Of a stretch of 64,000 bases of DNA, positions 46,892 through 57,118 are shown one piece after another; positions within the stretch are counted from its first letter, which is position 1, and each line of letters opens with the position of its first letter. The translations under genes and the position numbers were made by a program. Under the pieces are notes generated by a model, which had not been told where the DNA came from, searched no databases, and saw nothing but the letters and a program-made list of their open reading frames with translations. The stretch lies in the IMG/VR virus record IMGVR_UViG_3300023174_000057, positions 1-64,000 of that record. One strand, 5' to 3'. The stretch is from a virus.

Positions 46892-46916
46892 CCGACCCCT
46901 CGCGAGGTCAGAAATG

Positions 46917-46955
46917 AGAAGGGCCGGGTCGCCTCGCGGTGACCCGGCCCTCTTC
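46917..46955. terminator. hairpin between convergent genes
   Basis: AGGGCCGGGTC(G)C...GTGACCCGGCCCT inverted repeat. Confidence 0.7.
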
Positions 46956-46977
46956 GTTTGACCCGTGTTGGTTACGG

Positions 46978-47745
46978 TCAGACGCTCTTGAGCGCGGCCA
47001 TGAACTCGTTGTGGGCCTTCTCGACCTTCGCGCCCCCGCCGAAGATCACGTCGGTCGCGGCCTTCGCCACGGACACGATCTTGTCCCAGCCGTTCTTGAT
47101 GTAGTCGCGGAACTTCGCGAGCACACCCACGATGGAGAACGCTTGCTTCTGGGCAGCGGTCTTGCTCGGGGACGCCTCGCGGGCCTCCAGCACGAACCCG
47201 TCGAGCGACACGCGCATGGTCTTGTGCTGCTCTTGGAGAGCCTCGTTCGTCGAGACGATGAACTTGGCGACCTCGTCACCGTACTTCGCCGCCACCGCCG
47301 CGAGCATCTGCTCCTGCACGGAGTTGAGGGTGCCCTTCACGGCCACGACCTTGAGCTTCGCTTGGGCCTCCACGAGAGAGGTCTTGCGCTCGATGATGAC
47401 GTTGCCCTGCGCCTCCAAGTTCTCCTTGTAGGCGTCCTTGATCGCCTCGACGGCGTCCTTGTAGGTCTTGTCGGCTTCCTTCAGACGCTTGAGGAGGTCA
47501 CCCGCCACCGCGTCGATCTCCGCTTGGATCGTCTTGAGGTGGGTCTCCGCAGCCGACAGGTCACGGATCTGGTTCGTGAACCCATCGTAGCCCTGCACCA
47601 GCACCGTGGGCATCTTCGACGCGGCGGTGCGGAGCGCGGTCTCGGCCTCCTCTTCGCGGAAGAGATGGGCGATGGCGCGGCGGTTGGGGTCACCCTTGGG
47701 GAGGGTGCTGGCGACACGGAGCAGTTGGGCCTTCAGATCGGACAT
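46978..47745 (-). CDS. coiled-coil late protein with diverged tag-like N-terminus
   Basis: MSDLKAQLLRVASTLP...LRTAAS; CCTATA upstream; KTAA internal. Confidence 0.7.
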   Translation of the reverse strand: MSDLKAQLLRVASTLPKGDPNRRAIAHLFREEEAETALRTAASKMPTVLVQGYDGFTNQIRDLSAAETHLKTIQAEIDAVAGDLLKRLKEADKTYKDAVEAIKDAYKENLEAQGNVIIERKTSLVEAQAKLKVVAVKGTLNSVQEQMLAAVAAKYGDEVAKFIVSTNEALQEQHKTMRVSLDGFVLEAREASPSKTAAQKQAFSIVGVLAKFRDYIKNGWDKIVSVAKAATDVIFGGGAKVEKAHNEFMAALKSV

Positions 47746-47840
47746 GGGGTTTACCTCGTCTGTGTGGATGTCTCGCCCGCAACCAGACGGGCATCAACCC
47801 GTGGAGCTTATAGGCTCTTCAATCGGGCGTAACGTGAACT

Positions 47841-50168
47841 ATGTCCCCGACTAGCAAGTCCCAGCCCATGTACTTCTCAGGGCGGGTCCATTCCGTCAAC
47901 TTCTCGGACGAGGCCAAGGCGTTCTACGTCCTCCGCATGACCCTCGACGCGGAGTGCGTGCAGGGGGGCACGGGGGTCATCACCATCCGTGGGGACATCC
48001 CCGGGGTGAAGGTCGCCGTGGGCGCGTGGTTCGGCTGGGAGGGGGTGTGGGACGACCATCCCAAGTACGGGCGGCAAGTGAAGGTCACCCGCGCCCCGGT
48101 GCTGAAGGACGGGTGGGACAACGACACCTGTGTGAAGGTGCTGGTCTCGCAGGGCATCGGTCCCGCCGTTGCGGCGAAGCTCCGCGAGGCGTTCACGGAC
48201 GACCTTGCGATTGCCCTTGCCGACCCGGAGCGGATCAAGACGGTGCCGGGGATGACCCCGTTCATCGCGGAGCACATCGCCCACAAGTGGAAGCTCGCCC
48301 GCAGTCAGTACCTCACCCTCGACTTCTTGGGTGACCTCGGGCTCCCGCAGGGCAAGATCCGACAGGTCTGGGAGGTGTTCGGGGACACGGCCCAAGACGT
48401 ACTGGCCACCGACCCTTGGTCTTTGTTGAAGATCGACGGTGTCACGTTCGATGACTGCGACGTGGTCGCCCGTCGCTTGGGTTTGGACTGCTCGCCGTCC
48501 AACCTCAACCGCGTGAAGGGCGCGGTTTACCACGCGACCAAGACCAGCAAGGGGATGGGGCACCTCTATCTCTCGTCGGGAGAACTCTTGGGTGCCGTGC
48601 GCCCGCTGGACCCGCTCATGTCCGACCGGGACATCGCCGCTGGGCTCAAGGCTCTCGTAGAGGATGCCCGTCTGGTGGTGGACCGGGCGACACTCCCCGG
48701 ACTCACGGCCATCTACGACCCGTGGTCCTTCAAGACCGAGAGCGGATCGGCGGATGTCCTTCGGGACAGGCTCGCGACCGCTGCGATCCCTCCCGACCGC
48801 GCCGCGAGGTACGCCAAGGCGCTCCTTGGGGAGGAGACTCCCGGTCTGACCCTCCGTGAGGCCGGGGCTCAGTACCTCTCCAAGGTGGGCACCAGCCTCG
48901 GTATCTCTCTCTCCTCGGCGCAGATGGGGGCTGTGCTCAACGCCCTCACCGAGTCCGTGTCCGTCATCACGGGACTCCCGGGCTCGGGCAAGACGACCTC
49001 CCTCCGCATGGCTCTCACCCTCCTCCACGAAGCCGGGATGGTCCCTCTGGTGGTCGCGCCTACGGGCATTGCCGCGAAGCGGGTGGCGTCGGTCACGGGC
49101 GTCACTGCGAGCACAATCCACCGCGCCTTCAAGGCCAAGGGGATCGAGAGCGAGGACGGGCGAGAAGTCACCTACGCTGGGGTGGTGGGCGACCGGAGCG
49201 AAGCCTCCGTGAGCAACGGTGCCGACGAGCAATGGGGCTACGGCCCCAACAACCCGCACCCCGCTGAGGTGGTGGTGATCGACGAGTCCAGCATGGTGGA
49301 CCAAGCCGTCCTGTACCGCATCCTCACCTGCACCCGCGCCGACACCCGTCTGGTGTTCGTCGGTGACGCAGCGCAGCTACCCTCGGTGGGCGCGGGCAAC
49401 GTCCTGCGCGACATCATCGCCTCGGGGCGCTTCCCCACGGTGTCTCTCACGGAGATCTTTCGCCAATCCGACACCAGCCCCATCGTGACGGCAGCGCACG
49501 ACATCTTCCACGGGCGTGTGCCAGAAGCTCCCCTTCAGTCGGACTTCCGGCTGTTCCCGCTGGCCGACGAGGACGAAGTGTTGAAGCTGGTGCTCAACCT
49601 GTCCGAGAAGCTCTACGGGCAGCGGGCCAATTTCCAAGTTCTGTCCCCCCGGCACGCGGGCACCTTGGGCGTGACCAACCTCAACACCCGGTTGCGTGCG
49701 ATCCTCAACCCCGCGCAGCACGGGCTCCACGAGATGACCGTGGGCGGTGAGGTTCTCCGTGAGGGCGACCGGGTGATCGTGAGCAAGAACGACTACAAAC
49801 TCGGGGTCTTCAACGGCGACGTGGCCAAGATCAATCGCATCGACAAGAACGCCAAGATGGTCGAGATCAAGATCCACGGACCGCCCGTGGTGATGGTCTC
49901 GGTCCCGTTCGCCAAGGTAGGGACACTCCTCCGTCTCGCGTATGCCGTGACCGTTCACCGTTGTCAGGGCTTGGAGTACGACGTGGTGGTGATGCCCTTG
50001 GTTGGGAGCTTCGCCCACCAACTCCAGAGGAACCTCTTCTACACGGCCATCACCCGCGCCAAGAAGAAGGTGTTGTTGGTCGGCACCTACAGCGCGATGG
50101 TGCGAGCGGTGGACAACAACCGCGAAGACGCTCGGAACACGCTCTTTTCCCACCGTCTGCGAGCGTAA
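47841..50168 (+). CDS. recD2: RecD2-like SF1B helicase
   Basis: GLPGSGKT, APTGIAA, IDESSM, GDAAQL, EIFRQ, TVHRCQG, YTAITRA. Confidence 0.9.
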   Translation: MSPTSKSQPMYFSGRVHSVNFSDEAKAFYVLRMTLDAECVQGGTGVITIRGDIPGVKVAVGAWFGWEGVWDDHPKYGRQVKVTRAPVLKDGWDNDTCVKVLVSQGIGPAVAAKLREAFTDDLAIALADPERIKTVPGMTPFIAEHIAHKWKLARSQYLTLDFLGDLGLPQGKIRQVWEVFGDTAQDVLATDPWSLLKIDGVTFDDCDVVARRLGLDCSPSNLNRVKGAVYHATKTSKGMGHLYLSSGELLGAVRPLDPLMSDRDIAAGLKALVEDARLVVDRATLPGLTAIYDPWSFKTESGSADVLRDRLATAAIPPDRAARYAKALLGEETPGLTLREAGAQYLSKVGTSLGISLSSAQMGAVLNALTESVSVITGLPGSGKTTSLRMALTLLHEAGMVPLVVAPTGIAAKRVASVTGVTASTIHRAFKAKGIESEDGREVTYAGVVGDRSEASVSNGADEQWGYGPNNPHPAEVVVIDESSMVDQAVLYRILTCTRADTRLVFVGDAAQLPSVGAGNVLRDIIASGRFPTVSLTEIFRQSDTSPIVTAAHDIFHGRVPEAPLQSDFRLFPLADEDEVLKLVLNLSEKLYGQRANFQVLSPRHAGTLGVTNLNTRLRAILNPAQHGLHEMTVGGEVLREGDRVIVSKNDYKLGVFNGDVAKINRIDKNAKMVEIKIHGPPVVMVSVPFAKVGTLLRLAYAVTVHRCQGLEYDVVVMPLVGSFAHQLQRNLFYTAITRAKKKVLLVGTYSAMVRAVDNNREDARNTLFSHRLRA

Positions 50169-50193
50169 GGGTCAGGGAGAGGACACACACACA

Positions 50194-50586
50194 ATGAGCA
50201 ACGACGAGCTTCGGGCACTGGTGCAGCGGGTCAAGGCGGGTCTGAGGATCACCAAGGTGGTCGCGACCCGCTCGGTGAAGGGACGGGGCGGCGACACCTT
50301 CGCGGGTTTCTCTGCCGCGTGGAACAGCGTGCAGGAGGACGGCGGGCAGGGGCTCGTCTCCAGCACCGACGACGGCGAGGAGTCTCAGACCCTCACAGGC
50401 ATGACGATGCAGGAAGGCATCGTGGCGTCCATCCTCGTGGCCCGTGAGGCCGACATTGCGGCGTATCGTAACGCTGCGGCGGGTGGAAACATCTCGCAGT
50501 CCCACGCTGACGCGGCCATCGCGGCCATTCGCAGCAACTACAGCAAGATGCTCGTGCAAGCCCTTGGGAACGATGTCAACAAGTGA
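50194..50586 (+). CDS. hypothetical protein
   Basis: SD and codon bias. Confidence 0.65.
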   Translation: MSNDELRALVQRVKAGLRITKVVATRSVKGRGGDTFAGFSAAWNSVQEDGGQGLVSSTDDGEESQTLTGMTMQEGIVASILVAREADIAAYRNAAAGGNISQSHADAAIAAIRSNYSKMLVQALGNDVNK

Positions 50587-51328
50587 CCCCATGCTCGACC
50601 CCTCTCACATCGAGGGGTTGTACACGTCCCTCGGCGCGATGCAGGTCGAGCTCGACGCGGACCCTCTGGAGCTCGGCCCCAAGCGGCTGAACGCCAAGAT
50701 CGCGGAGTGCCGGGGGATGCTCTCCCGGTGCGAGCGGATCTTCCTCGACGTGTCGCAGTCCCTCCACCGCTACAAGCGGGAGCACCGCGCAGCATCCGCC
50801 GACTTCAAGCTCCGTATGCGCGACCTCCTCACCAACGACCCAGAGGTGAGAATGGGTCGGAACGTGACGGACCGTGAGGCCATCGCGGCCAACAAGATGC
50901 GCCCGGAAGCAGAGGAGATCGACCGTCTCACGGCGTGCGTGGAGGACTTGGAAGCGGTCATCACGGTGGTCCGCACCAAGCGCGCCGACCTCAAGGACAT
51001 ACAGGGGCGGCTGAAGGACCAACTCAAGGTCTGCCAAGAGGAGATCTCCCTTGGCGGGCGCTGGGGGCGGGGTCAGCCGTCTCTCCGTCGCGATCCCGGT
51101 AGTGACTCGGTGAACGCCTTCTTGGGCGAGCTCTCACACACGCCGCGCGCGGCGGATGAGAACTTGGGTCCCGCTGTCGAGCTCTTGGGCGACACCACGG
51201 CACCCACTGACCGGGTGTTGGAGGCCCTCCCCGACGAGGTGCCCGTTCTGATCACGTCACACCCCGACACGGAAGTGTTCACCGACAAGGGCATCGACGA
51301 CATCCTCGACATTCTTGGGGCTCTCTGA
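50573..51328 (+). CDS. coiled-coil protein with acidic tail (recombination-mediator-like, tentative)
   Basis: Helical; located between helicase and SSB. Confidence 0.55.
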   Translation: MSTSDPMLDPSHIEGLYTSLGAMQVELDADPLELGPKRLNAKIAECRGMLSRCERIFLDVSQSLHRYKREHRAASADFKLRMRDLLTNDPEVRMGRNVTDREAIAANKMRPEAEEIDRLTACVEDLEAVITVVRTKRADLKDIQGRLKDQLKVCQEEISLGGRWGRGQPSLRRDPGSDSVNAFLGELSHTPRAADENLGPAVELLGDTTAPTDRVLEALPDEVPVLITSHPDTEVFTDKGIDDILDILGAL

Positions 51329-51420
51329 AAAAAAAATCGGAGCCCGCCCCCCACTGAGCGTAACAACACCTGCGAGCAACCTGTCCCAACCACTGACCCG
51401 CTCGCACCAAGGAAGACAAC

Positions 51421-52134
51421 ATGAGCAGCTATCAAGAGATCGGCTTCGGCGTCAACGACTCCACCATCGGGGTCAAGGGCAAGCGTTTCAAGGCGAAGGA
51501 GGGCGAGACGTACCGCGTCAGCTTCGTCTGGTGGCCGGGGCTGGAGGAGGGCAAGCCTGACCTCAACGCCCAGACCCCGCGCTTCATGGGCGCGAAGCGG
51601 CTGTACATCGCGGGCGTCGGCTACTTCATCTCCAAGTCCCCGGAGTACGAGCGTCTCGCCGGGAGCGCGGCGAAGATGTACGTCGGAACCGTGATCTGCA
51701 AGTGGCCCACGGACAACCGTGGCAACCTCGACAAGGGGCGCTTCGCCTCGGGCGACTTTGAGATCAACTCGTGGGTGATGAGCACCGACAAGTACCGCGC
51801 CATCGAGTCTCGCCACCGCGAGTTCCCGCTGGGCGAGCACGACCTCACGCTGTCCTGCACGGACACCCAGTTCCAGAAGATCGACATCAGCCCGTGCCGG
51901 GAGAGCCTCTTCCGCAAGATCGTGGAGAAGGACCCGGAGCGCGCAAAGACGATCATCGCGGAGGCGGCGGCAGTGGCCCGTGACCTCCCCCGCGACCTCG
52001 CCCAAGACCTCACTCTCGACCAGATCCGCGAAAAGATGGGCAAGGGTGGCGGCGCTTCTCCCGTGGCTCACACCGGGACCACGACGAACAACAGCGCCGA
52101 CTTCGACGGGATGCTCGACGACATCTTGAAGTGA
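51421..52134 (+). CDS. putative single-stranded DNA-binding protein
   Basis: Aromatic OB-like core and acidic DFDGMLDDILK tail; replication context. Confidence 0.6.
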   Translation: MSSYQEIGFGVNDSTIGVKGKRFKAKEGETYRVSFVWWPGLEEGKPDLNAQTPRFMGAKRLYIAGVGYFISKSPEYERLAGSAAKMYVGTVICKWPTDNRGNLDKGRFASGDFEINSWVMSTDKYRAIESRHREFPLGEHDLTLSCTDTQFQKIDISPCRESLFRKIVEKDPERAKTIIAEAAAVARDLPRDLAQDLTLDQIREKMGKGGGASPVAHTGTTTNNSADFDGMLDDILK

Positions 52135-52213
52135 GAGTATCGTAGTCCACGGCGCACGACCGGCACCTCGGGGGCTCCCCCCCCCTCCCCCGACCCAAGC
52201 CTTCGCGCGCCTA

Positions 52214-52253
52214 GAAGGGCGCACCGGGTTCCCCCTTCCCCGGTGCGCCCTTC
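52214..52253. terminator. 15-bp stem hairpin
   Basis: GAAGGGCGCACCGGG...CCCGGTGCGCCCTTC. Confidence 0.65.
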
Positions 52254-52273
52254 GCCTATTTCGGAGACCCTCC

Positions 52274-52939
52274 ATGAAGGTCATTGGACTCGACCCCTCA
52301 CTTTCTAATTTCGGGTGGGCAATCCACGACACCACGGCCACGGGCCAAGCCCGGTGCATCGCGCGGGGTAGGCATTCCACCCCCGCCGACATGACCTTCG
52401 TGGACCGCTACACGTTCATGCGGGATTCGTTGCGGGAGCTCATTCAGAGGCACCAACCCGACAAGGTGGGGATCGAGAGCCCGTTCTTCGGCGGCACGTT
52501 CAGCGAGGGGATGTACGCGCTGTTCGTCTACTCCAACGAGGCTCTCAAGCTGGAGCGCCGCGACGTGGTGTACTTCTCGCCCCTCCAAGTGAAGGCGCAC
52601 GCGCGGGAGTCTCTCGGTCGCCCCGACAAGTGGAAGATGCAGAAGCCCGACATGGTCGCGGCGATGAAGCACGACCTCGGCGGTGGCGGCAAGAACGTCA
52701 ACCACAACGAGGCCGACGCCTACTTGGTGGGCCGTCTCGCAGGGCGGTTCTGGCGCTACCTCGACGGGGATCTCACGGACGCGGACCTCACCCCGGAGGA
52801 GCGTAAGCTCTTCGCAGAAGTCCACACCTACCAACGCGGCAAGAGCGCGGGGAAAACAGAGAGAAAGGGATTGGTCTACCGTGAAGAAGACAGGTTCTTC
52901 CGCTGGTCGAAAGCGGGTGGTGGGGGTACGTCCCCGTGA
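52274..52939 (+). CDS. ruvC: RuvC-like Holliday junction resolvase
   Basis: IGLDPSLSNFGW, GIESPF, NEADA. Confidence 0.85.
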   Translation: MKVIGLDPSLSNFGWAIHDTTATGQARCIARGRHSTPADMTFVDRYTFMRDSLRELIQRHQPDKVGIESPFFGGTFSEGMYALFVYSNEALKLERRDVVYFSPLQVKAHARESLGRPDKWKMQKPDMVAAMKHDLGGGGKNVNHNEADAYLVGRLAGRFWRYLDGDLTDADLTPEERKLFAEVHTYQRGKSAGKTERKGLVYREEDRFFRWSKAGGGGTSP

Positions 52940-53219
52940 ACTCCAGACGCTCCTGCACTGCTCGATGCGCTACGCCCTCGGGCGCATGACGTATATGCCG
53001 GGGCTGGTCCAAGACCTCATCCGGGAGTACCGGGAAGTGTTCACCAACGAGATGCTGCGGCAACTCGCGGACGAGATCCAGAGCGAGCACGACCTCCGTG
53101 GTGGCAAGCTCGGCATGGACTTCGACACGACGGGGTGGTTGCAGTTTCGCGATTGGCTCCGGGCGACTGCCGACGCGGGCGTAACCTACCAGCCCCCATC
53201 ACCTCAACCCAAGGAGTAG
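52920..53219 (+). CDS. hypothetical phage protein
   Basis: MRYALGRMTY motif; start uncertain. Confidence 0.55.
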   Translation: MGVRPRELQTLLHCSMRYALGRMTYMPGLVQDLIREYREVFTNEMLRQLADEIQSEHDLRGGKLGMDFDTTGWLQFRDWLRATADAGVTYQPPSPQPKE

Positions 53220-53224
53220 CCCCA

Positions 53225-54442
53225 ATGGCCACCGCCAAGAAATCTGCCGCCGCCCCCAAGGTCTCTGCCCTCACCCGCGCCCGTTCCGCCATCAAGACCG
53301 TCTTGAAGGAAGACCCCACGGTCCCTCTGTCCGAAGAGCTCCTCAAGCAGTCCACCCCGCACATCCCCACGGGATCTCTGATCGTGGACTACGCCATCGG
53401 CGGGAAGATCAACAAGTGGGGCATCGCGCCGTGCCCCGGCCTCCCCCGTGGCCGCATCACCCAGTTGTACGGCCAGAACTCGGCGGGGAAGACCACCCTC
53501 GCCCTCACCATCGCGGCGTCCGTGTGCGCGGCGGGTGGGACGGTCGCGTACATCGATTGGGAGCACGAGGTCGAGCCCCGCTACGCGAGCGCGCTCGGGG
53601 TTCCCATCAGCGACGAGTCCCGGTTCCTCCTCGTCCAGCCCGACTCTCTGGAGGACGGGATGAAGGCGATGGCCGTGTACATCAACGAGGGGGTGGACCT
53701 GATCGTCCTCGACTCGGTGGGCGCGGGCAAGCCCGAAGCGCAGGTGAACCGTGAGGTGGGTGAGATCGGTGACCAGACCCGTGTGGGCATCGTCGCCCAG
53801 AAGTGGTCCGAGTTCCTGCCCCAAGTGAAGATGATGATGTCCAAGTCGGGCACCACCATCCTCGCCATCTCTCAGCTTCGCAAGACCATCGCGGCCATGA
53901 CGGGCGGTCCCGACAGCGCCCCGCAGGGTGGCGAGGCGTGGAAGTTCTACACCAGCGTCCGCCTCATGCTCCGGGTCTTCCAGAAGGAGAAGGCCAAGCA
54001 GTTCGACCCGCTGACGGGCAAGATGGAGGAGAAGGTGGTCGGCACCATCGTCGCCCTCAAGCTCGACAAGTGCAAGGTGAGCGATTCTGTCAACAACGAG
54101 TTCAAGTTCTACCTCAAGTCGGGCTACGGCATCGACAACACCCGCTCGGTGGTGGAGCTCGCGCTCAACCACAAGATCATCACCAAGTCCGGGGCGTGGT
54201 ACTCGTGGCCCACGGGACCCAAGGGAGAGGTCCGGTCGCAGGGCTTGGAGGGTCTCCTCAAGGCCATCAACGACGACCCCAAGAACCTCCAGACGCTCTT
54301 CGCCCAAGTGACGCCCAAGCTCATGCAGCAGACGGCCAACGTGGAAGCCCCCGTCGAAGACGAAGACACCAGTGAGCTCGATGCCCTCCTCTCGTCGGTC
54401 CACGGCGTAAAGGCTCCCGCCACCGTCGAAGACGAGGGCTGA
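53225..54442 (+). CDS. recA: RecA recombinase
   Basis: IPTGS, GLPRGRI, GQNSAGKTT, IVLDSV, ISQLR, GGEAWKFY. Confidence 0.93.
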   Translation: MATAKKSAAAPKVSALTRARSAIKTVLKEDPTVPLSEELLKQSTPHIPTGSLIVDYAIGGKINKWGIAPCPGLPRGRITQLYGQNSAGKTTLALTIAASVCAAGGTVAYIDWEHEVEPRYASALGVPISDESRFLLVQPDSLEDGMKAMAVYINEGVDLIVLDSVGAGKPEAQVNREVGEIGDQTRVGIVAQKWSEFLPQVKMMMSKSGTTILAISQLRKTIAAMTGGPDSAPQGGEAWKFYTSVRLMLRVFQKEKAKQFDPLTGKMEEKVVGTIVALKLDKCKVSDSVNNEFKFYLKSGYGIDNTRSVVELALNHKIITKSGAWYSWPTGPKGEVRSQGLEGLLKAINDDPKNLQTLFAQVTPKLMQQTANVEAPVEDEDTSELDALLSSVHGVKAPATVEDEG

Positions 54443-54456
54443 CGGGAGCTCGGCAG

Positions 54457-55653
54457 ATGACGGTCAAGATTCGGGTACGAGACTTTCAGTCCATCGAGGA
54501 TGCGGAGATCGAGGTCTCGGGTCTGACCGTCATCACGGGCCAGAACAACACCGGGAAGTCCGCCATGCTGCGCGCCGTCCACGGCGTGTTCACCAACGCT
54601 CGCGGAACCAAGTACGTCCGTCACGGCAGGGACCAGTGCTCCGTCACCGTCACGTTCGGTGACGGGCGCTCGGTCACATGGGAGAAGGGCGAGAAGGTCA
54701 ACCGCTACACCGTGGACGGCAAGGTGCTGGACAAGGTGGGTTCGGGAGTCCCCGTCGAGGTGGAGTCCTTTGGCGTGGTGCCCATCACGGCGTCGGGACG
54801 TGAGCTCTGGCCCCAGTTCGCACCACAGTTCACCGGGCAGGTGTTCCTGCTCGACCAGCCCGGGTCGGTGCTGGCCGAGTCCGTCGCGGACGTGTCTCGG
54901 GTGGGGGTGCTGAACGAGGCTCTGAGAAATACCCAGAGTGACAAGCGCGCCCTGTCATCGGAGCTCAAGGTCCGCCTTGGTGACGTGGTCCGGTACGAGG
55001 CACAGGAGGCGTCCTACGCAGGGCTGGACACGGTGGAAGCCCTCGCCCAAGAAGCCGAGATCCTCCACAGGCAGGTGGCCGACACTCAGCGCCAACTGGA
55101 AGGGGTCATCACCCTCCGAGACGCCATCACTGCCCGCACCCAGACTCTTCTCGACCTCCGTCCCGTGGAAGGGGTTGCGGTGCCGGGTGGGGTAGACGAG
55201 GCCCGCTCAACCCTCAACCTACTGGACGACGCCCTCGACCTCCAAGCCAAGCTCGGAGGGGTCACCCGCTCCCTTGAAGTTCTGGCCCCTGTGGCTGGGG
55301 TCACCGTCCCCGACGATACGGACACCACCCGCGCTCGCAAAGTGTCTGACGCCTTGTCCCTCGTCGCAGATCTCCGTGACCGGATGCGACCGTTCATGGA
55401 CGTGGTGGGTGAGGGGGGAGCTCTCCGCGAGGTGGCGACCGACGACCTCCCCGACGTGGACGGGGCGTCCAAGGGGCTCTTGGGGTTGGCCGACCTTCGC
55501 GCGATGCAGGACACCCTCACCGCTCGACAGACGGCCATCACCGCGTGCCGCTCCGACCTCCAGCGCACCACGGAGGAGTACGAGGTGGCCGTCCACGAGG
55601 TGCAGGAGATCATCGGGGACGCGGGTAGCTGCCCTATATGCGGTCACCCCTAG
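54457..55653 (+). CDS. Rad50/SbcC N-terminal half (Walker A, coiled coil, zinc hook)
   Basis: DFQSI, GQNNTGKS, ends CPICGHP; no Walker B. Confidence 0.8.
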   Translation: MTVKIRVRDFQSIEDAEIEVSGLTVITGQNNTGKSAMLRAVHGVFTNARGTKYVRHGRDQCSVTVTFGDGRSVTWEKGEKVNRYTVDGKVLDKVGSGVPVEVESFGVVPITASGRELWPQFAPQFTGQVFLLDQPGSVLAESVADVSRVGVLNEALRNTQSDKRALSSELKVRLGDVVRYEAQEASYAGLDTVEALAQEAEILHRQVADTQRQLEGVITLRDAITARTQTLLDLRPVEGVAVPGGVDEARSTLNLLDDALDLQAKLGGVTRSLEVLAPVAGVTVPDDTDTTRARKVSDALSLVADLRDRMRPFMDVVGEGGALREVATDDLPDVDGASKGLLGLADLRAMQDTLTARQTAITACRSDLQRTTEEYEVAVHEVQEIIGDAGSCPICGHP

Positions 55654-55664
55654 AGGTGCCCGCC

Positions 55665-55946
55665 ATGCGAAGGCTGTTTCCGCTGTTCGTGTTTCTCACG
55701 TTCGTTTCGTCGTGCAAGTGCCGACAGACGGGCGTGATCTACCCCACCAACGCTTGCACCAACGGTTCTACCACCTGCATGAACGGGCGTCCCTACGCTT
55801 GCGGGGGTGGTGCTTGGCGTCCCGTGGGCGACGTGACGTGTGCGGCTGTGGGCGGCGTGTGCTGCCTCGACGCAGTCTCACAGGTCCATGCGTGTGTGGC
55901 CCAAGACCGCTGCGCCCCCACCACGTCGGGAGGTAACCGACCATGA
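55665..55946 (+). CDS. Cys-rich putative lipoprotein
   Basis: MRRLFPLFVFLTFVSSC lipobox-like signal; 10 Cys. Confidence 0.6.
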   Translation: MRRLFPLFVFLTFVSSCKCRQTGVIYPTNACTNGSTTCMNGRPYACGGGAWRPVGDVTCAAVGGVCCLDAVSQVHACVAQDRCAPTTSGGNRP

Positions 55947-56545
55947 GCGACATCGCCATCGCTGCCAAGGTGCTTCAAGACTTCTTGTCGTCGGAGTTCG
56001 GGTTCACCGTCCACGACAAGGAGACCTCGACCCTCATGAAGGCCGTCGCCTTCGGGATGGACGTGGGGTCGGCGTTCTCGCCGGGGCTCCCCAAGGGCGA
56101 GGACTTCATGACCCGCTTCGCGACGACCATTGGGAAGGAAGTGTTCCTGCCCAAGTCCATCCGGGACAACCCCGCGTCGCTGATCGAAGTGGTCACGCAC
56201 GAGGCCCAGCACGTCATCCAGTTCAACGACACCCACGTCGAGTTCGCGTGGTTCTACCTGACGGATGCGTCGGCGCGGGCGCAGTTTGAGGCTGACGCCT
56301 ACGCGAGCGGTCTCTCCCTGCGGTGCTGGCTCACGGGGGAGACTCCCAATGAGAGCATCCCGTGGGTGCTGGACTCCCTCGTGAAGTCCTACCACCTCAA
56401 GGCCGAGGACAAGGTCTACGCCGAGGCCGCTCTGAAGTCTCACATGGCGAGCCTGTCGTCGGGCCTCGTGATGACCCGCGCCGCGCGCAGCGCCATCGTG
56501 TTCCTCGACAAGAACTACCCCGATCTCAAGGGCTCCGTTCAGTGA
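55943..56545 (+). CDS. HExxH zinc metalloprotease-like protein
   Basis: VTHEAQHVIQF...FEADAY. Confidence 0.65.
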   Translation: MSDIAIAAKVLQDFLSSEFGFTVHDKETSTLMKAVAFGMDVGSAFSPGLPKGEDFMTRFATTIGKEVFLPKSIRDNPASLIEVVTHEAQHVIQFNDTHVEFAWFYLTDASARAQFEADAYASGLSLRCWLTGETPNESIPWVLDSLVKSYHLKAEDKVYAEAALKSHMASLSSGLVMTRAARSAIVFLDKNYPDLKGSVQ

Positions 56546-57036
56546 AGCCCGTCGAGACGTACTACCACTGCACCTACGCGCGAAACCTAAGCGCGATTGC
56601 GAAGAAGGGTCTGCGCCCTTCGGCAACGCCCGTACTGATGCGTGCGGCACCGGGCAACCTTCGGGGCGTGTACCTTTCGGATTCGGGAGGGTTGCCCTTC
56701 TGGTTCCGCAAGCTGATCGACTGGGCGCAGCACGATTCGGACAACCCCGTCGAAGATGGGATGGTCCCGGTGGTGTTGCGGGTCACCACGGCGTGTGACA
56801 CCGTCGAGGACGTTGCGGGATCGCAAGACTCGGGGAACGAAGCGGTCGTGTGCTCCCGCCCCATCGTGCCCGGAGCGATTCGGGTGTGGGACGGGAGCTC
56901 GTGGGTGCCGGTGTCTCAGGGGGTCGATCAAGACCGTGGGGCGCAATGGGTCGAGGACGAAGATTTCGACCTCGGCGGCTACTACGAGCTACTGGGCCCC
57001 TACGAGAGCCCGCTCATGCCACGCGACCGGGCGTAA
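56542..57036 (+). CDS. ADP-ribosyltransferase-fold-like protein (tentative)
   Basis: YYHCT...NLSAIAKKGLRP...GVYLS. Confidence 0.45.
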   Translation: MKPVETYYHCTYARNLSAIAKKGLRPSATPVLMRAAPGNLRGVYLSDSGGLPFWFRKLIDWAQHDSDNPVEDGMVPVVLRVTTACDTVEDVAGSQDSGNEAVVCSRPIVPGAIRVWDGSSWVPVSQGVDQDRGAQWVEDEDFDLGGYYELLGPYESPLMPRDRA

Positions 57037-57118
57037 CGTCTGGGCACCATGCCCGTCACCCTCATCTGGCGAACCTAATCTCGTTGCGCTAGGCTTGCGG
57101 ACGGTGCATACTTCCCGT

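Noticed and set aside
23331-54442. Bacterial chromosome origin (groEL, recA, nrdJ, ruvC)
   Set aside because: Genes are highly divergent, mixed with virion and lysis genes and phage-type promoter repeats, and lack normal bacterial operon context.
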